DNA from: Octopus vulgaris
Taxonomy: Eukaryota
Assembly: GCA_951406725.2 (NCBI GenBank)
Contig: OX597817.1
Location: forward strand, 39,246,001 to 39,310,000
Direction: 5' to 3'
DNA length: 64,000 nt
The stretch's first letter is position 1, and each line of letters begins with the position of its first letter. The notes under the pieces are model-generated. The model was not told where the DNA came from and did not search any database. It worked only from the letters and a program-made list of their open reading frames with translations. This document shows positions 26,150-38,307 of this stretch, piece after piece. A program made the translations under genes and the position numbers.

Positions 26150-26900
26150 ATTGAAATGTGATTAATTATTCAAATCTTTTGAAATATTGTATTTTACCTA
26201 AGTGTGAATAGCGGAGATAAAAAGACGATAAAATACTATTAGAACCATTCCTACCCATCAAAATATATTCATTTCTAGTTTTGATACGTGGCTTGATATT
26301 TCGGGTGTAGGATAACGTTGAATCACTTGACGCTTCGTCCTTGATTGCATTTAATTCATTGATCCTCAGAATGACGATGGGCGAAGTGGAGCCCAACAGG
26401 CCGAGATTTGAACTGAGAACGTGACAAGATATAACCAAATACTGCATCGTATTTTCCGCTGTCCTTCCAATTTTGATACGTAATGGCGTTTTACTGAAAG
26501 GGTATGTATGTATGTATATGTATGTGTATGTGTGTATGTGTTTGTGTGCGTTTGTGTGTGTGTGTGTATGTGCGTGGTTCGCAGCGCGAGTGTGTGTGTG
26601 TGAATATAAAGATAAAATAGCAGGATATGTATATATGTGTGCGTGTATGTATGTGTACGTATGTATGTATATGTATGTGTATGTGTGTGCCTGTGTTTGT
26701 GTGTGTGTGTGTATATATATATGTATGGACAGAAGAGCGTGCAACTGAATGCGTCACCTCATTTGTTATACGATTGCGTTTAGGCGCACACTCTCCGTAA
26801 TCACCGTTTTATCACCATTAGGCATCAATAAAATTAATTACTAACAAAATGTCTTATCACTATGAAACAATACACACACACACATACACACACAGGCACA

Positions 26901-26985
<85 letters not shown>

Positions 26986-27384
26986 GTGTTTAAAATTTAT
27001 ATACGTAGACACAAACACATATGATTCGTTATAGAAAATTATGTTTATAATGATTTGAAGGCAATGTACTGTTTTATATTTAATATTAATATTTATAGTT
27101 TTATTCTGAGCGGGAATTGCCTTTCTTGTCTACCGTTACGGCACGTAATACATATGAAGTAGCTATGTGGTAAGAAGTTTGCTTATAAACCACATGGTTC
27201 CGGGTTCAGTCCCACTGTGTGACAGTGCCTTTTTGGTTGACTAAAGTGCTGGTATATATATACATATATATATATATTTTAGCATGACTGTAGCTCCGAA
27301 AGGTCAGAATGATCTTATAATATATCATTATAAAGTCTTGTGAATTCTTTTTATTAATATATTCTTCTATACAATCACACACCC

Positions 27385-27450
<66 letters not shown>

Positions 27451-27458
27451 GTAACTGG

Positions 27459-27484
<26 letters not shown>

Positions 27485-27490
<6 letters not shown>

Positions 27491-27850
27491 TACGATAGTG
27501 TATATTTATATACACATAAGGAATCTACACTTAGGGTGAAGATTCAGCACATTAGAGAGCCACAAAAATAATGGACAAGATTCGACAGGAACAAAATTTG
27601 AAAATGAAAAACAATTTTTCATTTTCAAATTTTGTTCCTGTCGAATCTTGTCCATTATTTTTGTGGCTCTCTATGTGCTGAATCTTCACCCTAAGTGTAG
27701 ATTCCTTATGTGTATATAAATATACACTATCGTATAATTAATATATTGTCTTTTTGTAAATTTTTTGCACGTTAGACCACTGGAAATGTAAATTTTGATT
27801 GAATAATTTAAATTTAATTAAATTCCATTTCCCTTTTGATATGATTATGT
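27485..27850 (+). mobile_element. Fold-back insert in (TA)n: ~127-bp near-perfect hairpin (27485-27740) plus ~110-bp tail
   Basis: Arms appear identical except for one indel; 3-nt loop CAA; tail motif GTTAGACCACTGG shared with 28822 and 31262. Confidence 0.85.
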
Positions 27851-27851
27851 A

Positions 27852-27937
<86 letters not shown>

Positions 27938-27946
27938 CACATACAT

Positions 27947-28152
27947 ACATGAGGAGGTAATGAGAAGTTCCTGGCTTTAAGGGTGTCGCAAAAGGCCTGG
28001 TTGGAGGCCCAGCCTTTCGAGTTCTTTTATAGGGCTTAGAAGCGCTGAAGGACCGCTGCAATAAGTGTGTGAATCTGAGAATAAAATCATAATTAACTGA
28101 TGTTCATCTATTTTCTTTTCTCCAAAGTCAAGAACTTTTCAGTAACCCTTCG
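27947..28152 (+). mobile_element. Mariner-derived MITE
   Basis: Degenerate TIRs GAGG.GGTA.TGA.AAGTTCCTGGCTTT / AAAGTCAAGAACTTTTCAGTAACCCTTCG; internal GLEALKDRCNKCVNLR matches the mariner transposase C-terminus. Confidence 0.75.
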
Positions 28153-28155
28153 CAT

Positions 28156-28212
<57 letters not shown>

Positions 28213-28426
28213 GTGTTGGTTTGTTTACATCCTTAACAGAATAAGTACCACGCTTAAAAAAAAATAACAAAGTACCGGGGTCGATTTGTTCGACTAAAAC
28301 CTTGAAGGCGGTGTAGCAGCATCGCCACAGTCTAATGACTGAAACAAGTACATACATACGTATGTATGTATGTATGTATGTATGTATGTATGTATGTATG
28401 TATGTATGTATGTATGTATGTATGTC

Positions 28427-28867
28427 GAAGGGAATGAAAAGTAAAAACATTTACCATATAACTCCTGGACCAATGGTTTCAGACTTTTTTTTAGCAAATA
28501 AAATAATTTGCTAGGCGAAGTCTTCTTCTGGATTGCCTCGTGTATATATATATATATTTAATCTAAGGTGTACCTGCTGAAGAATATCACGCCTAGCAAA
28601 TTATTTTTTTGCTAAAAAAAGTCTGAAATCATTGGTCCAGGAGTTAGATGGTAAATGTTTTTATTTTTCATTCCCTTCAAAATTTGATCCCTAATAGTGG
28701 TTTGGAATTTAACTGTCCTCTCTAGCGTGCAAGGAATCCTATGATGGATGCCTCTTGTGTGTTTAAATGTACACTGTATTTATATGAATAATTTATAGTC
28801 TATTCACTAAATTTTTTACAGGCTAGGCTACTGGTAATAGAAATTTCAAATATTTATGATTACTCTT

Positions 28868-28870
<3 letters not shown>
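28427..28870 (+). mobile_element. Fold-back insert with HHR (arms 28427-28517 / 28590-28678) plus ~190-bp tail
   Basis: Inverted arms lying between (TATG)n and (TA)n; HHR motif in the arms; tail motif GCTAGGCTACTGG. Confidence 0.85.
28573..28641 (+). ncRNA. Hammerhead ribozyme motif (mirror copy on - at ~28463-28531)
   Basis: CCUG-CUGAAGA-...AGUCU-GAAA-UCAUUGG-UC-CAGG. The mirror copy keeps stem II AGACUU/AAGUCU and stem III ACCAUUGGU but has core CAGAAGA. Confidence 0.75.
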
Positions 28871-28939
<69 letters not shown>

Positions 28940-29496
28940 ATATACATGTCTGTCTGCATGTATGTATGTATGTATGTAACGAGAAATAATTTATTACATT
29001 CAATTACACCATCTCTACAGTCGCTTTTTCACGTCAACAGTATCGCATTAAATAATGACGCGTCTCTGACCGTTTTTAGCAGTAAATGTTGATTACGTAA
29101 CATGCATTATGTTACCAATAATCACCTTAATTTGACGAAACGTACTTGACATGATGTAATTAAATATCTTATAAACAATCTCTCGTGTCTTATTTTCTTT
29201 TCTAAATATAATCCGTATAACACTGGAACCCGGATTTAAAAATGGAAGATACAATTACAATGCACGAACGGATATACGCATGGAGGTCTTAATGCTGGTT
29301 ATTGTCAAACAGTTAAAAGTTTAAATTGCGTTGTACGAATACATTAATGTGTATATTTGTGTCTATGGAGAGAGTTGTTGATTGAATGGAAAGATAGGGG
29401 GATAGATGGTTGGATGTATTCTCAGGCCGAAACTGGTGATTCATTCTTTCGCTATCGAAAGTTTTGCGCAACGTGAGGTTTTTAAGGCAACAAAAT

Positions 29497-29528
<32 letters not shown>

Positions 29529-29606
29529 CATACATACATACATACATACATACATACGTACGTACGTACGTACGTACATACATACATACATACATACATA
29601 CATACA

Positions 29607-29637
<31 letters not shown>

Positions 29638-29644
29638 TTATGTA

Positions 29645-29905
29645 TGTTGTCCTTGCCTTCAGAACGCGGAGTAGATGAAACAGGGACAACTGAAGAAGGA
29701 AATATTCTTTATGTTGCACGTCTCGTTTCTATGTTTTTGTTTCTCATTGTGTTCAACGTTTTTTTGATGTCCTGTACCCATATATGCATGTATATATACA
29801 TACATATGTCGGTATGTACATATATGTATGTATATATGCATATATTTATATATTATTTATATTATTATATGATCGAACGCCACGCATCCTTTTCCAAGTA
29901 AGTTT
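29645..29905 (+). mobile_element. Short insert in (TACA)n, homologous to 49225-49440
   Basis: Shared GAGTAGATGAAAC...ACTGAAGAAGG...GTTTCTCATTGTGTTC.AC...TGTCCTGTAC.CATATATGC.TGTATAT. Confidence 0.75.
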
Positions 29906-30395
29906 TATCTACATACATACATACATACATACATACATACATACACGTATGCACACATGCATACATACATACATACATACATACATACATACATACATAC
30001 ATACATACATACATACATACATGCATACATACATACATACATACATACATACATACATACATACATACATACATACATACATACATACATACATAGACAG
30101 CTCAAACAACACACTAACTCAAACGCATATTTACAAACACCAGGAACTTTCTTAATTAAAAAAGTCTTGTGGTTTTCTTAGCGATCAGTTTGAACTCTCT
30201 CAAGAACTCAAATTAAACTCAAAGAAAAATCATTCGTGAAACATTAAGCAAGTGTCTTTTCCTGTAGCCTCGGGTCAACCAAAACCTTGTGAATGGATTT
30301 GGTAGACAGAAATTGCAAGAAGCCCCTTTTGTAAGGATACACATCTTAGAAGAACAGAATGGAGTAAGTGAAGCAAGAGCACACGAAAACGAAAA

Positions 30396-30441
30396 GTGTC
30401 GCTGAAGAGGCCACAGATATGTGACGAAAGATTTCCGGACA
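30396..30441 (+). ncRNA. Minimal hammerhead motif in an insert (~30335-30560) nested in a family K SINE
   Basis: UGUCG-CUGAAGA-G-GCCACA-GAUA-UGUGAC-GAAA-GAUU-UC-CGGACA. Confidence 0.7.
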
Positions 30442-30750
30442 ATGGACATGAGTTAAGAAAAAAAAAAGAACAGTAATAAACGAGTGAAGAACAAATATAT
30501 AGTGCGTGTGTTTATTTGGCCCCAAAAAGTGACCGTCCCGCAATACAACAAAATATGTATTTATATATATATATTTATATATATGTATATATCTATATGT
30601 GCATATCTTTATGTCTGTGTTTATCCCGTCCCCAAACCGCTTGACAATTGCCGAATATTAAAAAAAAGTATATATATATATATATATACACACTCACACA
30701 CGCACACGCACACACACACACACACATATGTATGTATATATATAGATACA

Positions 30751-31188
30751 TGCAAGAGTTATGAAATGGAGTATGGGAAATCCGGGCTACATATGTTTCA
30801 TAGCGAGTGGAACCTCAGAAGTGGTAAAATCCAAGTGTGGTGTATATCGCCGGCTACTTTTCAGGCCAGGATATCCTGAAGAGTAGCCGGCGATATTACA
30901 CCACACTTTGATTTTACCACTTCTGAGATTCCACTCGCTATGAAACATATGTAGCCCGGATTTCCCATATTGCATTACGTAACTCTTGTATTCTTCTTCG
31001 TATACTCAGCAACCCTGTTTGCTTACTGAAAAATATAATAACCTTTTTCAGTTTATCGTTCTTCGATAAAAAAATCCGCAACCTTCCGTATCAATAAACC
31101 TCTATTGTTCCTGAAAGTTGTCTTTTTATATTCATTACGGATTGCTCGAAGTTAAATTTCTTCCTACACTTCGATCCCTGGAGCTTAC
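30751..31188 (+). mobile_element. Fold-back insert with head-to-head HHRs (arms 30751-30865 / 30875-30990) plus ~200-bp tail
   Basis: About 115-bp inverted arms lying between TA-rich tracts. Confidence 0.88.
30875..30956 (+). ncRNA. Hammerhead ribozyme motif (mirror copy on - at ~30785-30867)
   Basis: CUGAAGA-GUAGC...GCUAU-GAAA-CAUAUG-UA-GCC; palindromic stem III ACAUAUGU. The mirror copy has stem I GGC/GCC but core CUGAAAA. Confidence 0.8.
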
Positions 31189-31199
31189 ATATATATATA

Positions 31200-31399
31200 T
31201 GTAAATTTAAAATAATAAGGGTGAAAAATGAAATATTAATTTGATTAATATCAATTTAAAACCAGTGGTCTAGCATATTTAAAAATCTGAAGTTTCAGAA
31301 AAAATTATATTACATACATATAAAAGTGATGACCGGTAAGCGGACATCCATTATGCTATAAGAAGATCCGCTGGATGTCCACTTACAGGTCATCCCTTT

Positions 31400-31404
<5 letters not shown>
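31200..31404 (-). mobile_element. Short fold-back insert in (TA)n (arms ~31319-31351 / 31372-31404) with left tail
   Basis: ATAAAAG.GATGACC.GTAAG.GGACATCCA inverted; tail motif CCAGTGGTCTAGC (reverse complement GCTAGACCACTGG). Confidence 0.75.
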
Positions 31405-31471
<67 letters not shown>

Positions 31472-31475
<4 letters not shown>

Positions 31476-31842
31476 ATATTTGCCACTTAAATGTGGCTAA
31501 CCCTTAAAGGTGGATGCTACTGTAGCTTGTAGTCCCAGGAGGACAACTCCTCCAGCTAGCTATTGACACACTATCAGAGCCCTATCAGTATTTGCAAAGG
31601 GAAGCCATCCTTCACATCTCCAACCTGACATGATACACACGGACTCGAGTTTCTGAATATTGATCCGCCATCAGCGTGTGACAATCACCGGTTGTCGATG
31701 TGAAGTGGAGGAGGTGTCCTCCTGAGGCTACAACCTATAGTAGCATCCACCCTTAAGGGTTAGCCACATTTAAGTGGCAAATATACTTCACGATGTCGTG
31801 CAGCTACTGTTTATACCTCGCTCAGAGATTTATTATTGCTTA
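31472..31842. mobile_element. Fold-back insert in (TA)n (arms ~31472-31554 / 31705-31787) with internal HHR and ~55-bp tail
   Basis: AAGTATATTTGCCACTTAAATGTGGCTAACCCTTAA.GGTGGATGCTACT inverted; (TA)n on both sides. Confidence 0.88.
31636..31680 (-). ncRNA. Minimal type I hammerhead motif
   Basis: CACACG-CUGAUGG-CGGAU-CAAU-AUUCA-GAAA-CUCGAG-UC-CGUGUG; perfect 6-bp stem I, palindromic stem III ACUCGAGU, GUC site, A9G deviation. Confidence 0.8.
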
Positions 31843-32699
31843 TATATATATATATATATATATATGTTGGTTGTCCGAAAAGTTCGTGCCGATTTTTAAA
31901 GGAAAGAAAAAGGTCAATAAATACTTATAGGAACATAAACTTTCTTCCACGAAAAATAGCTTAAACTATGCTCTAAATGGAGGTGTAGTCAAATGTATGG
32001 AAGGGGGTGGGGTGGAATTTCTGGAAAACGGAGTTTCGGATCAAACGGCTTACATATGTTGGAGTTTTTCCGTTTTGATGTTTAAAAAAAAATTGTTAAT
32101 AATTTCAGAGGAAATGTGTGATTTAAGGGAGATCTGGCTGTTGTTTCTAGCACATTCCAAACCCCCCTCCTCGTTTCTTTCACACTCACACATTTATTGA
32201 CATTTTTCAATATTTTTATTCCCATAAACAAATTTTATGGAATGATGATGTAACACACGTATGTGTAAGAAAAAAAACACCTAAAGCATCTTCAATGTTC
32301 ATATTAATCTGTAAAATGTAATCCTTATTTGTTCACGTTATTTTGAATTATTCAGGTTCAATAGGGGTGTCCACAATATTTCCTAGTAATTTTATACATT
32401 TTTTGCATACAGATTTGAAATTTTGTCAGTGGGTGCTTTATATACCACTGGTTTATAGTTATGTAATTTTAGTTGATCTTGCTAATTAAATTCGACTTTT
32501 ATGGGCAGGTAAATTTAATTAACAAGTGTAAAAGCAATGACGTTATGGATAAACACTAAAACTGAAATTCTTAATGCATCTTACCTGTTTGATTTGTAAC
32601 TAAAATTATCCCAGATGGCAAGCGACAAAAATTTTGCCACTTTTCAAGATTGAGGTACATTAATTTGATTTAATTAAAATACAGGTATAATCGGTACAA

Positions 32700-33320
32700 G
32701 ATTTTATTCTTTCGGTAAGTATTTCGTACCACGGTGTGAAATAATTTTTTCCCAGTTTTTTTTTTCGGGTGCATTCAACGTGTCTGACCTCCAAACCCGC
32801 CGGAAGCCACTTTTTTCCGGAAAAGAAAGGTGAGAGGGGTGGTGGGGACCTTGAAGCTTTCCACCAAGGAAATTTTGTTTCGCGGATCTTTTTATCTTTT
32901 CCAGGTTATTTTGCATGCTTTCGTTATTTAGAAACCTTACTGTTTCTTTAAACCTCTTGTTTCATTATCACAATTAAAAAGCGTTTAAGACTCGTTTACT
33001 TTCAAAGCGAAAAAAAAACAAAACCGACGTAATTTCCAGACAACCAAATTTAGTATAGATTGATCCAGCGGTTTGGCCGTGCATAGAAGAAACACACACA
33101 GAAGACAGTAAGAATAAAAGTGAAACTATTATACCGCTGCAAAAAAAAAAAAATCGGACGGGGCGTATAGGGGGTGGGGGCTAGAGCCCCCTATATGGGT
33201 AAGGACCAAAATTTGACTCCCACCAACAACCTTCCCCGAGTAATGAAAAACCTTCATCCAAAATTTAGTACAGATTGATCCAACGGTTTTGCCGTGGATA
33301 GAAGAAACACACACAGATAC
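32700..33320 (-). mobile_element. Probable Helitron/DINE-like non-autonomous fragments (two related ends)
   Basis: Duplicated AAATTTAGTA.AGATTGATCCA.CGGTTT.GCCGTG.ATAGAAGAAACACACACAGA at ~33047 and ~33261, running into a microsatellite; family assignment by resemblance only. Confidence 0.45.
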
Positions 33321-33431
33321 ACACATACACACACAGATACACACATACACACACAGATACACACATACACACACAGATACACGCGAGCGCACACACGCAC
33401 ACACATACACACAAAGGATTATACACAAAGG

Positions 33432-33462
<31 letters not shown>

Positions 33463-33798
33463 TGCATGTGTGTAGGTGTTTGTATGTGTGCGCGCGCGCG
33501 TTTGTGTACACACACGCATAGACATATATAATTCAATATTCGGTCAAGTGGTTGATGAGGAAGAAGACGAAAATGAAAAAAGAAATAGAAAAAGAAACAT
33601 CTGTCCCATTTCGACTAATTACTACACGAAACACACCCACACACACTCACAGCAACACACAGGCGCATCTGTGCTTATATATATAAAAGTATAATTATTG
33701 AATGCGTGCGTGTGTGTGTGTGTGATTGTGTGAGTGTGTGTGTTTGCGTGTATAATTCATGACTACGTGTAGAAATAAATATATTTATAAATTACTCA

Positions 33799-33848
<50 letters not shown>

Positions 33849-34069
33849 TCACACACACACTCTTACTCATAGATATGCATTTTCACACACATCTGCTCTA
33901 ATTACTCCTTCAGTCCAAATTCACTAATTACTCCTTCAGTTCTACAATGGTACTCAAATACTCATTCACACCATTATTAACTGATGTACATTTTCGCGCA
34001 AACAGACATACACCCACTCACACACGCATCTACACGCGCACAAATACACACACAAAATTAAATTATTTT

Positions 34070-34485
34070 GCTTATTTATTTGCTTCAGTTATTAGACTTC
34101 GGCCGAGCTGATGCATCGACTTGAGGGGCTAGTCGAATAAATCGCTCCCTTATTATTGTTACGTTTTAAAGTCTGGTACTTATTCTATCGGTCACCTTTT
34201 ATCGAACTGCTAAGTTACGGAGACATTAACAGACCATCACCGGATTTCAAGCAGTGGTGGTTGTGGTGGTGGTGGTGATGGACACACGCACAAAACATAG
34301 GCACACACGCACATACACAACATATTCGACGGACTTCCATCTCCGTTTCCGTCCACCAGATTCACTTTCAGACATTGGTCGTCCCGAAGCTAGCATAAAG
34401 GACACTTACTCAAAATGCTGCTCAGTGGGACTGAACCCGAAGCCACGGAGTTGCAAAGCAAACATCTTAACCATACTGCAATGCC
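34070..34485 (-). mobile_element. SINE family K, diverged
   Basis: Both halves recognisable in reverse orientation. Confidence 0.75.
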
Positions 34486-34599
34486 TTGCAATATACAGAA
34501 TTTCTTTTCCATGAGAGAGTTTGGTGGAGTCCTGTGACTCAAGCGGATATGACTTCGACAGGATACTTTAAATCAGGGAGTTGAAACAAGAACACAAAT

Positions 34600-34865
34600 A
34601 TCGTTGTTTAATCTCAGATCTCTGCGTGTTAGTGAAACATACTTGAGATAAGTGAAGTTTAAGTATTTCGGGACAGTATAGACGTGTGATGAAAGGCAGG
34701 ATGCTGAACTGGATGTTAGAATCACAGTTGCTAGCACAGTAATGCACCAGCTCCAGCATTGGACCTTCAGAAGAGAATATGTTGGTAAAAAAAATCCCCC
34801 AAACTTAGCTATTAGCAATTCGGTTTTCGTGCCTATCCTCATCTATAGCCACTTGAGGACTTTAT
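34600..34865 (+). mobile_element. RTE-clade LINE fragment (RT C-terminal region)
   Basis: KFKYFGTV*TCDERQDAELDVRITVASTVMHQL...KLAISNSVFVPILIYSH matches RTE F.YLG...SDG...E...RI..A...SVF.P.L.YG.E. Confidence 0.75.
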
Positions 34866-35129
34866 GAATAAAGGAGGTAATCCTCCTCAAGCAATCCAAA
34901 CCCATCATCAGCAACTATTTTATCTGCGCGTCACAAACACAGCTGATTACAATCTGAACATACAAAGATTTCTTTCAAATACTACTTTACTATCCCCACA
35001 CTTCATTCACACACGGCGTTATTCTATCATACGATTACGAATTGCTGACACACTAAAACGAATCTCTTCGTATCTTCATATTCTATGACTAGGGCCTTTT
35101 TCGACGAAATATTAGGTTTATTAGGTTTT

Positions 35130-35491
35130 AGAGTAGAGGTTTAAGCTGCGTTCTGATTTATATTCCCAACCACATGGTTCCGGGTTCTGTTCCACTGCGT
35201 GGCACCTTAGGCAAGTGTTGTCTACTATAGCCTCGGGCTGACCAAAGCCTTGTGAGTGGATTTGGTAGATGGAAACTGAAAGAAGCCTGTCGCATATATA
35301 ATATATATATATATTTTTTTCTCTCCTTCTTTCTGTGTTTTTTTTCTCTCTGTGTATCTTTCTGTTGAAGAGCGTAGGCTCGAAACGTTAAAGACTTGTT
35401 TTATTTATATTTCCTGAGCGCCATACTAATACAATTGTTCGTTTGTTTTCCACCTGCCTTCGTCTTTTGTCTATTTTCATAAAGCTTCCCG

Positions 35492-35559
<68 letters not shown>

Positions 35560-35780
35560 GTGTGTTTGTGTCTGTGTTTGTCCTTTCACCACCGCTTGAC
35601 AACCGATGTTGGTGTGTTTATGTCCCTATAACTTAGTGGTTTGGCAAAAATGACCGATAGAATAAGTACCAGGCTTACAAAGAATAAGTCCAGAGGTCGA
35701 TTTCTTCGACTAAAAGGCGGTGCTCCAGCATGACCACAGTCAAACTGACTGAAACAAGTAAAAGAATAAAAGAATAAAGA
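35130..35780 (+). mobile_element. SINE family K carrying a nested HHR-bearing insert (~35315-35493)
   Basis: The SINE halves flank (TA)n-insert-(TA)n. Confidence 0.88.
35357..35394 (+). ncRNA. Minimal hammerhead-like motif, A6U core variant
   Basis: UCUUU-CUGUUGA-A-GAGC-GUAG-GCUC-GAAA-CG-UU-AAAGA; 5-bp stem I, 4-bp stem II, palindrome AACGUU. Confidence 0.7.
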
Positions 35781-35830
35781 ACTTCATCCAAAGAGTACTG
35801 CAATTTGCCCCTAATTTTCTCACCGGTGAT

Positions 35831-35902
<72 letters not shown>

Positions 35903-38004
35903 CAAGATTCCACATAATTTCCTACTATGAAATTTCATTCACAATGCGATCAAACCCAGAACCGCATAGCAGCAAAGCGATCTTCTTCACCACACAGCCA
36001 TCGGTGATTTGCGACGATTCCTACACTCGCCAATGATCAATACCAATAATTACTGTTATAACTACTGTAATAATGGCTTTATTAATGTGAATCACTGCAG
36101 GATTGACAGAGATAGAAAAATCAATCAATTTCCTGTCTCCTCCACAATTATCGATCAACCTAACTGATTTATTTGACATTGTTCCGTTTAATTTCATTAT
36201 TCCAGTATCATTAATAATGAATCAGTGACGGTTGTTGTACGTATTTCAGAAACGATTCTACATTAAAGAAGAAAGTTTCTAATTGGTCGTTTCACTTGAT
36301 AGAAATCGCAATTAAGTCTCCCTGAAATCATACCCCATATACTTAAAAACGGGGACAATGTAGTCCTCGAAAAAAATTGATGGGAGAGCCTCTACACGGT
36401 CGTGTAGAAATTATAACCACATCTTTCTTGAATTACACTCTTAAAAACGAAACGACATATTGGATATGACCTTGGATAAAACAAACCATCATTCGCAGGC
36501 AAGTATGCTCTCGTAGCATGTACTATGCTTTTGCTAATTGCTTCAGGTGCCTAAGTAGTTGTGAGTAGACACAGACATCTTCTCAACCATCAAAAACGTA
36601 ACTCAGTAGAATATCGAAGATGTAACAACAGGAAGGAAGACGGCTAAATAGACTGGAGCAACGTGAAGTAAAGTGCCTTGCTCAAGGATTCAATGTACCA
36701 CGCGGTTCAAGAATAGAACCTATGAGTCCTTGACCGTAGGCCCAGTGCCTTAACCACTAGGCTATGTGCCTTACAGCTCTAGGAAACACTAAGTCTTAAA
36801 AACAAAAGAAAAAAAGACTGGAGGACTATGACGTTTAATCACAGATTTACTCGATTAGGAATTAGCCTTGGACTAAATAACAACAATAACGGTTTCAAAT
36901 TTTGGCACAAGCCAATAATTCTGGGGAAGGGAAAAAGTCAATTACATCAACCCCAGTAGTCACCCATCTAAGTACTCACTAGGCTCGACTTTGGTGATCG
37001 GACGAGAACCGGTGCATGCAGCGTGATATGGCCGTAAGCGACAATAGCAACAATGTTAACAACTAGCAACCTTCATCCGGTCACTCAACCTGCTGAAAAT
37101 ACTCATTACATTCTGTGAATGTTATGGATGTGATGATGTATGTTTACATGTGCTCCCTCGACAAAACGTACTCACTTTAGCCTGATGTCAAAGTTAACCG
37201 TTTGTAGGGACTCAATATTCTATATGTATACGATATTTGAAATCTATACGTACATACACGCACATACATGAAATATATACGTACGTACACAAACACAAAC
37301 GCACAAATCCATCCATCCATCCATCCATCCATCCATCCATCCATACATACATACATACAAACGATATATGTGTCTGAAGAAGGAGCTGGTTTCTGACAAA
37401 GATACAAAGCTCCATCTTTGGAATGTAGATAACGAAAACAATGTCTTATTACAAAACTGAGAAAAGTCTTGCATTGTTTTACTGTTTCGCTTACAGATTA
37501 TATTCCAGTTACATATGAGAATGACATTTGTAAAAATATGACCGTGGTTTGAAACACTTGCCCGCTTGTGCAGCTGTAGAGCAACACACCAGTTGAAAAA
37601 AAGAAAAAAAAAAAAGAAAGGATATTCTCTACACATATCCTGTATTGAGTCCTCTATTGAACTCTGGTCCTTCCGTTCTTCGAAAACTACAACACACACG
37701 CACTCACGCACGCACACGCACACACGCGCACGCACACACACGCACACACACCTGCTTGCGTGCATCCGTATATGTGTGTGCATTGATGCGTGCAATTCTC
37801 TCAACGAGATATCATATCAACTTTAGCTTTTGTGTTTACCCACGCGTAACCATAAAAAAGAGAAAAAAAATGATTATATTTTCGCGCCTAAAGAACTTTT
37901 ATCTTTGCAAAAGGATTTGTTCATTCAATATTATAACTGAAAGAGGGGAGGTAGAGAGAGTTGAAGGAGAGATAGATTGAGATTGAGCTAAAAAGATAGG
38001 AATA

Positions 38005-38035
<31 letters not shown>

Positions 38036-38124
38036 GGGGGGAGGGAGAGGGCGCGAGACGGAGGGAGGAAGGGCGAAGAGGATTTGACATATATACTAAC
38101 CAACGAGAGAGACTTTTGTGGTTA

Positions 38125-38307
38125 CTATTTCTTTACTACCCACAAAGGGCTAAATACAGGGAGGACAAACAAGGACGGACAAACGGATTAAGTCGATTAT
38201 ATCGACCCTAGTGCGTAACTGGTACTTATTTAATTGACCCCGAAAGGATGAAAGACAAAGTCGACCTCGGCGGAATTTGAACTCAGAACGTAACGGCAGA
38301 CGAAATA
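38125..38307 (-). mobile_element. SINE family N, 5'-truncated
   Basis: Near-consensus; flanked by the direct repeat ACTTTTGTGGTTACTA (TSD-like). Confidence 0.88.

Noticed and set aside
37374-37560. CTGAAGA followed by a GGAGCT/AGCTCC stem
   Set aside because: No GAAA follows the stem, so an HHR cannot be built.
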